Origin: Octopus bimaculoides
Lineage: Eukaryota
DNA length: 34,070 bases
Assembly: GCF_001194135.2 (NCBI RefSeq)
Contig: NC_068989.1
Coordinates: 26,121,001-26,155,070, forward strand
Reading direction: 5' to 3'
The notes under the pieces are model-generated. The model searched no databases. It was not told the DNA's origin and was given only the letters and a program-made list of their open reading frames with translations. Below are positions 22,201-34,070 of the stretch, piece after piece. Made by a program: the position numbers and the translations under genes. Every line of letters begins with the position of its first letter. Position 1 is the stretch's first letter.

Positions 22201-22792
22201 TATGCATATGCTGTTATATTTTCATTTTGCGGGCAGAGGACTGCTACAAAATAAGGGTGTAGGCTAAAAATATATTCTGCTCGTGTCTATGTCTTTTTAT
22301 TCTATATGTGGGACGTGAGGACGTGAAGAATAACGTCCAGCCCTTTATTTAGATTTTCATCATTTTCCTATGGTATATCTCTGGACGTTTCTGGTCTTAA
22401 AGTATTTTTCACATGTAATTTTTCGTAATTTAGGAGGAAAAAATTTTAAAGCACTCATTTCTCGTTTGTTTTTCTTGAACTGAGCAATGTGGGCATTATT
22501 TAATTTTTTTCATTATCTTGTGTATGGTGATGGGGGCAGAGATGATTTGAACCGTAATCTAGCGAGTGTGTATACATGCGTTGGCGAATGTCGGAGATTG
22601 TACACTGTCATAATATATAATTCCTTATGGAAAAGACAAATAAATTATAATTACTTGCTCGGTATAACCAACATTTTGTTTGTGTTTTTTAGCTTCATTT
22701 GTTGTTTTACTTCCGATGTTCTTGAATGGATTTCGGAGTAAATTTTTTTATCAACTTTACATGTTAAACGTGCCCCGAGTTCTAGTACTTCC

Positions 22793-24575
<1,783 letters not shown>

Positions 24576-24664
<89 letters not shown>

Positions 24665-24692
24665 CAGTATTATTATTATTATCATCATTATT
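24576..24692. repeat. (ATT)n tract at the 5' junction of the Dong-like element
   Basis: Direct inspection. Confidence 0.95.
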
Positions 24693-24866
24693 ACTATAGT
24701 GTCACTAAACGCTAGAGAATATTTTATCTCTGAGAATTTATTGCTAAATGCAGTTAGAATTGATTCGATTCTCTTCAGATACAGGGTGAGAGTGGCCATG
24801 TGTATATATTTCGGAATATTAAGAAAATTTCATGTGCGTGCGTGTGTGCTTATACGTGTGCATATG

Positions 24867-24903
<37 letters not shown>

Positions 24904-26492
24904 CTGAATGTGTATTTTGCCATGTGTATATAGGCATGCATTCTTATATACTGGGAGAGGCGGTAGGGGAATTATCGTTATTTGCTATATGTGTCACATA
25001 GTATCTGACCAAATTTTACTTATGTTATTCCAGGCCACTTTCAGTCCCTGGTGCTATAAACTATTCAGCGTTAAGACTCTTGATTGATATTCTCTGCTTT
25101 ATTCTTAAAGTCCATAAAGACGTCTAACATTTTTCCTTAATCTAAATGAAGCAAAACCAGATAACTTTTCTTTATTATGTCTCTTAACCTATTTGCAGAT
25201 TAGTTGCTCCATGTCTTACTAAAACTGAAAGATGACATATGTATCAGAATTACAAAGAGCCACAGATTTACTTGAACAGATCGATAACAATTTTTCGCCT
25301 CACATGGTGTATTGATTTATACTTTTGCCTTTTCTTATTTCTTGGATATGTGATGGACAGGATATTTAGTTGCAATGCAATTCGTTTCAGATTATAAGAA
25401 AGTTATTGATGCATACTTTAGTATACGCCATTCTTTTCAACAATGAGTCGCAGAATTACAGATTTGCTGGAGCGCATTCTCACGGCTTTTCTGGGAATGT
25501 GTAATGCAGTTATATATAGGTTTTTCCATTCTTGTCACTGATCTTATATCATTGATATTTAACTTCATCGGCGTTATTCAGTTCATATATTACAACGGCT
25601 TCTATAATTTGGTAACCAAATGAATCAAATAGACAATTTTATTAGCAACAGTAATTCCTGAAATTTAATGGTTTTTACTCATCATAATCCACTCGAAGTT
25701 CTTGATGTGTGTGTGAATCCGCAACTTGACAGGAACGAAATTAAACAATATAGTTATGTGTCGAACAACAGAAATATGTTTCCTAAAGAATAGTTGCGAC
25801 TGCAAAATTAAATAAATTATTCGCACAAAGATAATACAATAATACAAGACTATAAATTTCGATGCGACGGAATTAAAATTTTAATCTAAAGTATTATATC
25901 GTGTTGTATATTGTTACAAATAACCAGCAGAACCATCAAATATGAGATATTCAGACAACATAAGGAATTACATCATGGTGTTGCTCCTAAACTGGTATAT
26001 CAATTTGCAGTGGGAGAGTTGCAAAAATATTAATGAAGTGGCGGTAACTCGATGTTTGCTCCAATATTTAAGTAACATAAGTTGAAACTCGTTGTTGTCA
26101 TTGTATTTATTGTTAAGGATAGAAGCAGTGACACCCAGCAAATTATTAGTTGAAAACAAGAATTGAAACTATGACATGTATGTTGCTTTGCCGTCACCTT
26201 TTTTTGTTTTTTCATGATAATGGTGAGTGAGGTTTAAAAACAGTGAAAGTAAACATCAAAGAAGTTGAATACAAACGCATACAAATTAGGCACAAGGACA
26301 TAGCATCGAAACTAATTGTATATATGCACACACACACTTAGAGATAACCACGGACACACGTTGAAGAAAACATCTACATACACAGATTCACATTCAAAAG
26401 CTATAGAAAATGATATTTCCCTAAGATACTGCGTAAGCGGGATCAAATTCAAACACCTTGATTGGGAAACTAACTCCATTCGACTATACATT

Positions 26493-26528
<36 letters not shown>

Positions 26529-26548
26529 TCTCTCTATTTCTGTCTCTT

Positions 26549-26584
<36 letters not shown>

Positions 26585-26910
26585 GCGCAAACGCGCCTAT
26601 GCACGCACAGACACACGCACGCCACAAACAAATGCATTTTAGATTGAAGGATTGAAGACTCATTTGCTCAAGTACAAATTTATTATTCTTTAACAGGAAT
26701 AGTATTGAAAAAGTGGTTTCGAATTTTCGACCAGCTAAACCATCATCGGACAGTCCAATAACGGTATAGATAGCCAAAACTTTGCAGCCACTGTTAATAC
26801 ACTATACATGTTAAAGAATAATATGTGTATGCGTGTGTGTCTGTGTGTGTGTAGTGTATATGATCGTATATGTATGGATATGTACGTACACAAATACATC
26901 CATACATACA

Positions 26911-29285
26911 TTACCAACACTAACAGTAAAACATACAAAATTGACGCAGAAACCTTCGCTATACCTATAGGCTAACTGCAGAATGGGAAGGCACTTGGAA
27001 GGGACCTAATACTTGGATATTGGTACAAGAAGATGATGTTTTATAGAAACCAATTGGTATTTACTTTCAAAAGGACAATGCAAGGTCAAACTAATATACC
27101 ATGTCTGCTTGCCACAGCAACGACAAATCTTGTTGCCAAAAATGAAGTCGCCGAGATGGCAGACCCATTGGTTGCCTAAAAGTTATGTAGAAACTGTATA
27201 CTAGTTGCCTCCAGGACTATCGTAAGTCGAATAACATTCTGTCTCATGAACAGGCTCGTGGAAAGAAGGGAGTGCGGGGGATGTGCCGAACAACTTTCAA
27301 TAAACAAAGCTGTACTGTATGAAGGAAGAAAACAATGCAGGAACCTTGTGACAATATGGCTTGACTATAAGAAGGCATTCGATTCTATCCCTCATTCATA
27401 GCTGTCGAAGTGCATACATCTGGCAAAAGTAAATCCTACCTTAATTGCTGCTATAGAGAGACTCAGAAAGCCATAGGCAGCTATTTTTATCTATACAACT
27501 AAGAATAGAATAATTGTTTCTAATGTTATAGACATTACAAAGGGAACATACTAGGATGACTGTCTTTCTGTACTTCTTTACATTTTGGCACTGATTCCAT
27601 TATCGTTCATACTGCAGAAAACAAATGCTTACATGTTAAGATCTTCAACTAACAGAAATATCAAAGCAACTCAAAATGTATTTGCAGACAACCTGAAGAT
27701 TTATGCAAAAGGTGTTACCAATTCCAACAAACAACTGGAATTAATAACAACATTTTCAGCTCATACAGCCATGGAATTTGACCAAAAGGAATTGTTCATA
27801 TTTGGTTGTAGAACGAGGGACGTCATTCTCCTAATCAAAAAACTATTGCATCAACGATCTCCATTCCACCATTCCACACAAACAATGTTACAAGTACCTA
27901 GATATAGACGAAAGTGTATCATATACAGGTACTGTGAATAAAGATATAGTGACCAAAGAATATTACACCAGATTTGGGAAAATATGACAGTCGGAATTCT
28001 ACTCTTACAGCAAAACGATATCCCGCAATGTACTTGCCTTACCAGTGATGATACCAACATTTGGGATATTTGATTGGTCTATAGAGGAAATCTACTCCAT
28101 ACATATCAAAAGCCCTAACAACAGCTGGGAAATTCCACAGAAGCAGTGATGTTTACAGGCTCTACCTAAGAAGAAATGAAGGTGGTAGAGGCCTGAATTC
28201 AATGCAGACGGCCTTCGAATTCCATATGGTATCACTCACGCAGCACCTGCTAAACAACAACAGCAATAATAAAATTGGTACTCGACTCCTCAAGAAACAG
28301 TCTCTTACTGATGATTTCCTATACAACCCCATAAAAGCTGGGCTCTCTTACCTCAGAGAAGACATGGATGGAAAGCACCCAGCATACAAAGAAGACCATT
28401 TATAGGTATGTTGCCGAGAAGCTTGAAGACGACAGTAGAATTGACACAGAGCGCAACCTCTCTTACACACAAGACCACTACATCACACTTTGAAGGCTAT
28501 GCTTTTGCAATCCAGGAACAGGAGAGTACCACAAAGTGCTTGGTGAACAAGAGAGACATTGACGCTCTTATCATCCCAAGGTTAACCGCATGTGTAGACT
28601 ATGTCATGTTTCTGTGAAAGACATCACGCACATGATTAGCAGCTGTCCTAAAATGTCATCACTGTACTACTCCCGTATGCGACACGATGTTGTTGCTAAA
28701 ACAATTTACAATGCCATTCGAAAAAATGACTGTCCTCTTATAAACTTAGAAAATCCCACTGTTATATTATACATTCATAAACACCAACTCAAGGAATACT
28801 AGTAGAATATTCCCATCAAAACGTCTGTCAAATATAAGCATAACGGGCCGGATATTTTGGTGGGGATAGAAGGGCAAATGTATGTACCATCATAGAGGTT
28901 AGCTGCCCTGGAGATATAAATATCTCTTTCAAAATCAAAGTAAAAGGGGATATCTATGGGCAAATGCTTCGAAACCTCCAGCTTCTATATCCAAACTATG
29001 AATTCATATTCATACCAATAATAATCGGAGCACTAGGTTTTGCTATTAAACGCTTAAAGGAGAATCTGGATAGACTGGGAAATTCAGAAAGAGAAATCCA
29101 CGGGCTAATTCGTATATTACATGTGTAGTCTGTGAGTGGAACAGTAAATGTATGCAAGACTTTTCTCAAGTTCCAAATATGAATTTGTCTATGTTAAATA
29201 CATCCCAAAGATGGAGCCTTGTCTCTTTGTTAGAAACCGCCTTCATCCTCAGTAGAAGATTTATAATAATTAAAAATAGAAGAGA
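26911..29285 (+). mobile_element. Second, distinct R4/Dong-like RLE LINE family: 5'-truncated, decayed, flanked by (CATA)n
   Basis: NGKALGRDLI; RPIGCL; EQARGKKG..GCAEQLSINKAV; WLDYKKAFDSIPH; FADNLKIYAK; YKYLG; CRLCHVSVKDITHMISSC; RHDVVAK; HNGPDIL; IEVSCPGD; IIIGALG; VCKTFLKF with a stop at 29180-29182. Confidence 0.92.
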
Positions 29286-29440
29286 CATACATACATACAT
29301 ACATACATACATACATACATAATACATACATTTGTGCATACATAATACATACATACGTGCATACATACATTGATACAAACATATATACATACATGCATAG
29401 ATTGATACATACATACATACAGACAGACAGACAGACATAC
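29286..29440. repeat. (CATA)n/(CAGA)n microsatellite at the LINE 3' end
   Basis: Direct inspection. Confidence 0.95.
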
Positions 29441-30529
29441 ATTATACTCAGTTAGAAAGGTGATTATTTGAAGTATCGTTATGAAGAAATTTGGATTTCA
29501 AAACATATTTCTTTTTTTCTTTTTCTGTAACTCGCACTAATCTTATTCTACTTACAATCTTCTAAAGCCTGTTGAATATGTTCATTCCGCACTGTCCATT
29601 TGAAGAATTCTCGCAATCTTAAACATATTTATTTTCTCTTAATGGCTAATTCTTAAAGTTGCGTCAATAACTAATTGAAATTGTAGTATATTGCAAACAT
29701 CTGGTGAACGTACTTCTGAACTTGCATGAAATATGTTGCTAAACTTTTCCCACAACAAATATAAAGATATCAGTATACAATGGCAATCAATGCACATGTG
29801 GCTTACTGAGATTTATTACTGAGATGGAATTAATATTTTAATAGTAGGAAAATCTAAATGGTCGAGATATAAATAATGTAAGCACGTTATATACTAACAT
29901 ATATATATATANNNNNNNNNNNNNNNNNNNNNNNNNNNNNNNNNNNNNNNNNNNNNNNNNNNNNNNNNNNNNNNNNNNNNNNNNNNNNNNNNNNNNNNNN
30001 NNNNNNNNNNNNNNNNNNNNNNNNNNNNNNNNNNNNNNNNNNNNNNNNNNNNNNNNNNNNNNNNNNNNNNNNNNNNNNNNNNNNNNNNNNNNNNNNNNNN
30101 NNNNNNNNNNNNNNNNNNNNNNNNNNNNNNNNNNNNNNNNNNNNNNNNNNNNNNNNNNNNNNNNNNNNNNNNNNNNNNNNNNNNNNNNNNNNNNNNNNNN
30201 NNNNNNNNNNNNNNNNNNNNNNNNNNNNNNNNNNNNNNNNNNNNNNNNNNNNNNNNNNNNNNNNNNNNNNNNNNNNNNNNNNNNNNNNNNNNNNNNNNNN
30301 NNNNNNNNNNNNNNNNNNNNNNNNNNNNNNNNNNNNNNNNNNNNNNNNNNNNNNNNNNNNNNNNNNNNNNNNNNNNNNNNNNNNNNNNNNNNNNNNNNNN
30401 NNNNNNNNNNNNNNNNNNNNNNNNNNNNNNNNNNNNNNNNNNNNNNNNNNNNNNNNNNNNNNNNNNNNNNNNNNNNNNNNNNNNNNNNNNNNNNNNNNNN
30501 NNNNNNNNNNNNNTATGTATGTATATATA

Positions 30530-31326
30530 CGAGGTCTGATCAACAAAGCTAAAATACGCAGAGTGAATCCACTTGGCAAATATTTACCGTGAACTCTGCT
30601 GTCCATGTGCTTAAACTTTTAACGTTGTGGCTCACTTCCACTGATTATACCAATGCTTGAAAGGAATGTGTGCAGCGTGTGATCGTCGCATTGACCATGA
30701 CAGAGAAATTTGTCATGGCGATGCCTTCTCAGAGGCAGCATAAAGTGTATGGAGAGGAGTGTATGTGTCGCACACATGTTTACGATTGATTCAGACGTTT
30801 CCAAGATTGCCAAAAAAACGTCGATTTTGACGAAAGTTCTGGGAGACGGCAAATCGTGGAATCCGTGAGTTTTCAGAGAATGTGCAGATTATATTCGGTT
30901 CACTTCTGATCATTATCACTGAAGATTTTGGTATGAGACGCGTGTCTACTAAGTTTGTGCAAAAACTGATTTCAGCTAACAAAAAAAAATACATTCAGGT
31001 TTCAGTTGTACAACATCTTCATTGTTTCGAGAACGATGAAAAATTTTGAAGGCCTTGCGTAGTCCTCTGAGCAGGTATCGCCATACTTTTCACAAAATTT
31101 CATACAGGTCCTCTGCTCATCTGATTTTGGCATGTTCAATGCGACGATCATACGCTTCACACGTTCTTTCCAAGCACTACTGTAAAGAACGGAAGTGAGT
31201 TAGAAATTTAAAACCTACTGCACATGCACAGCTGCTTAGAAGGTCAATCTGTGCCAAGCGGCTTTACTCTGTGTGCTTTAGTCTCGTTACTATGGAAACA
31301 GTCCGGATACATGTTGATAAGTCCAC

Positions 31327-31327
<1 letters not shown>
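30530..31327. mobile_element. Mariner deletion derivative with foldback structure (both ends derived from the 5' end)
   Basis: TA|cgaggtctgatcaa at the left end and ...gtccggatacatgttgataagtccacg|TA at the right end. Plus frames give HKVYGEECMCRTHVYD*FRRF...DESSGR and IITEDFGMRRVSTKFV. The minus strand of 31040-31135 gives MPKSDEQRTCMKFCEKYG. Block 30630-30700 is the reverse complement of ~31130-31200. Confidence 0.85.

Positions 31328-31388
<61 letters not shown>
31328..31388. repeat. (TA)n microsatellite between two foldback elements
   Basis: Direct inspection. Confidence 0.97.
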
Positions 31389-31391
<3 letters not shown>

Positions 31392-31394
<3 letters not shown>

Positions 31395-32555
31395 AGATAT
31401 TTATTTATATTAAGGGCATTTCTACACGTAAATGCCTTACGCTATGAGGGACTCTTAAAGTCAAAACTACCATAATAAATACCGTATACAGAAGGCGGGG
31501 TATGCAAATCTTGAAGCGAACTCTTAAAAACAGATTCAGCCGCAAATCATATATGATTTCATAGTTAGTGTACGAAATACACTTTCTACTCGTCGGTGCA
31601 GGCATAATGAAGACATAAAAATGAACAAAAAATCAACATACCAGCCGAACACCAAATGTATCCAGTATAGTACATAGAGATGTTCACTCTTATATATCTA
31701 TGTAACAGGCGAGCGTTTCGAATTGCATCTCGCTACACGTGTATATTCAGGATAATTCAGCACTGAGTACATTCCGGTTAAATTTAAAATTCAAAAATAA
31801 GATAAAATTTTTATAAGAATTTATCAAGTAGTGAGCGTGAAAAAACTCATAAGGAAAAATTCATAATTATTCCCTTTAACATTTTATTTATTATTATGGT
31901 AGTTGTAACATTAAGAGTCCCTCATAGCGTGAGGAATTTATGTGTCGTAATGCCCTAAATATAAATAAATAAATTTAAAGGGAATAATTATGAATTTTTC
32001 CCTTATGAGGATTTTTTCACGCTGACTACATGATAAATACTTATAAAGATTTTATCCTATTTTAAAAATTTAAATTTAACCGGAATATATTCAGTGCATA
32101 TAATTCTGAATATTCACGTGTACCGAGGTGCAATTTGAAAAAGCCCGTCCCTTACATAGATATATAAGAGTGAATAACTCTATGTACTATGCTGGATACA
32201 TTTGGTGTTCGTCTGGTATACTGAGTTCTTTGTTCATTTTTATGTACCTTCATTATGCCTGCACTGACTATTAGAAGGTGTATTTTGTACACTAACTATG
32301 AAATCATATATGATTTGCAGCTGGATCTGTTTTTAAGTGTTCGCTTCAAGAGTTGCATTCCCTCGCCTTAAGTACAATGTATTTATTATGGTAGTTTTGA
32401 CTTTAAGAGTCCCTCTAAGCGTGAAGCATTTACGTGTAGTAATGCCCTTAATATAAATAAATATATTTAAAAGGAAGAATGATGCACTTTTCCCTTATAA
32501 GGGTTTTCACGCTGACTACTTGATAAATTCTTATAAAGATTTTATCCTATTTTTA
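31392..32555. repeat. Non-coding element: one inverted copy plus ~1.35 tandem copies of a 492-bp unit
   Basis: 31392-31879 is the reverse complement of 31975-32469 along its whole length. ttaagagtccctc occurs at 31911 and 32403 (period 492). Segment 32466-32555 repeats 31975-32065. Confidence 0.9.
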
Positions 32556-32595
32556 AATTATATATAAATATATATAAGTGTGTGTGTGTTGTGTG

Positions 32596-32640
<45 letters not shown>

Positions 32641-33529
32641 ACGTGTGTGTGTGCGTGCGAGTATGTGTTTATGAGGTAATATTCATCCCCACTCTTGGAT
32701 CTTCCATATGAACAAACTTTACTGCACTATTTATCATAAGAGAAACTCTCATATTAGCTTTTCTCTGTTTCTTCCAGCACCGAGACTACTAAACACATGA
32801 TTTCTACCTGGTTTAGTCTTGTCAGATCTGGACATATTTGTGTGTAAGTGCGTTAGAGAAAGAGATTCAAATAGTGTGTGTGTGTGTGTGTGTGCGCATG
32901 TGTGTGCGTGTGTGTGCGCGAGAGAGAGCGAGAAAGAAAGTGAGAGAGTGTGTGTCTGTGTATGCATGTGTGTGTGTATGTGTGTCTGTGTGGGCGCGTG
33001 CGTGTGATACGACAGTAGTGATCTGACGGTTGTCTGCAAAAGAATTATGCAAGGGATATCGACCTTTTGTTCTAATATCAAGAACTAGAGAACGAATATA
33101 ATCGCCTTAAAAATACAGGCCATATTGGTGAGAAATAATTTAAATAGGGAAAATGTCTCTAGCATGTTATGCTGAATAAAAAAGGCGAAGCTGTAATAAA
33201 TGGATGAACAGCATGCGGAATAACGTGATGAGCAAAGCTTAAATGCCAGCCTGAACTTTTATTTGAAGCATAATGACACATATGTAAGGTACTTAACAAA
33301 TACTATTTTGAATTTCGTTCAGGAGAGAAAGAGATAGGAGACATATAGTATGAAATAGACTTTTAAGTACGGAATATGCAGTTTATATGCAACGTGTAGC
33401 TCAGGATATTTTGACAACTAAGGATTAAATGATTGCACGAGTGATTTAAAGTTTAACAAGCACACACATAAACAGATAACAAGGAGATATATATATATAT
33501 ATATAATATAATATAATAATATATAACTG

Positions 33530-33780
33530 TATGCATATATGGGTACAGGACATCAAAAAAATGTTGAATCCAATGAGAAACGAAAACATAGAAAACGAAC
33601 CTTTTTTCGAACAACGAAAAAAACAGAAACGAGACTTGCAACATAAAGAGTATACCCCTTCATCAGTTGTCCCTGTTTCATCTACTCCGCGTTTCGAAGG
33701 CAAAGACAAAACGCGACTTCTTTGAAACAGTCCTTCCCGCAAAGCAAATAAAAAAAAATTGGGGATTTTTGGAGATTTTC
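33530..33780 (-). mobile_element. Putative PLE terminal (pseudo-LTR) fragment carrying the permuted hammerhead
   Basis: Non-coding block next to a TA-rich tract that contains hammerhead core motifs. PLE termini are an established location for hammerheads. The boundaries are a guess. Confidence 0.35.
33655..33716 (-). ncRNA. Hammerhead ribozyme-like motif in non-circularly permuted strand order
   Basis: Minus strand: t-cgcgt-t-ttgtctttg-ccttc-gaa-acgcg-g-agtagatgaaa-cagggacaa-ctgatga-a-gggg. Stem III is cgcgu/acgcg (5 bp plus a G-U). Stem I is uugucuuug/cagggacaa (9 bp, 2 G-U). Stem II is gggg/cuuc. CUGAUGA and GAAA are intact. Confidence 0.6.
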
Positions 33781-34070
33781 TGCTCGATCATTTGATTTTA
33801 CATGTCGACATTATCAACGTTACGTCCTTTGAAGCACAAACAAAAACTACACCAGGCAGTGACAGTACCTATTTTCTCGTAACCATAGGTGATGCTTATG
33901 TTTGAAATAATGTTTTAAAGTTAACTTTTTTCATAATTTCGAATTTGCCTACTTTTTAATTCGTAGTATATAATTTTTTCACCGTTGTCCTCTTAAAGTA
34001 CAGTCCAGTTTTATATTCCATTGAAAACCTACACTCTAGATATTATTCGGACACTACTATCAGTTTTCCC

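Noticed and set aside
25665-25815. Candidate minus-strand exon with a good acceptor (ttttaattttgcag) and a possible donor
   Set aside because: The translation resembles no protein I recognise and there are no supporting neighbouring exons. RNA-seq would be needed.

Overview
AT-rich eukaryotic genomic DNA, dense in microsatellites, with eight assembly gaps (1927-1957, 3565-3665, 5604-6601, 7218-7600, 11143-11237, 18739-19110, 23609-24531, 29912-30513). I can support no host protein-coding gene. The repeat content resembles an octopus-like cephalopod; this is an inference from recalled SINE families and microsatellite density. The window is mostly decayed mobile elements: (i) three Penelope-like element (PLE) fragments, two of which carry a GIY-YIG endonuclease without a recognisable RT core; (ii) three R4/Dong-like restriction-endonuclease (RLE) LINE fragments, two bounded by different microsatellites, (TAA)n and (CATA)n; (iii) mariner, Tc1 and Tigger/pogo remnants; (iv) tRNA-type SINE pieces and a Helitron-like element with internal ~270-bp repeats; (v) three long foldback structures. 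The most striking signal is at 33655-33716 (minus strand): all conserved hammerhead-ribozyme core residues and three complementary stems, but with the strands in a non-circularly permuted order. A decayed conventional minimal hammerhead lies antisense just upstream of the GIY-YIG ORF at 3765-4583. All alignments, translations and pairings were done by eye and need computational confirmation.
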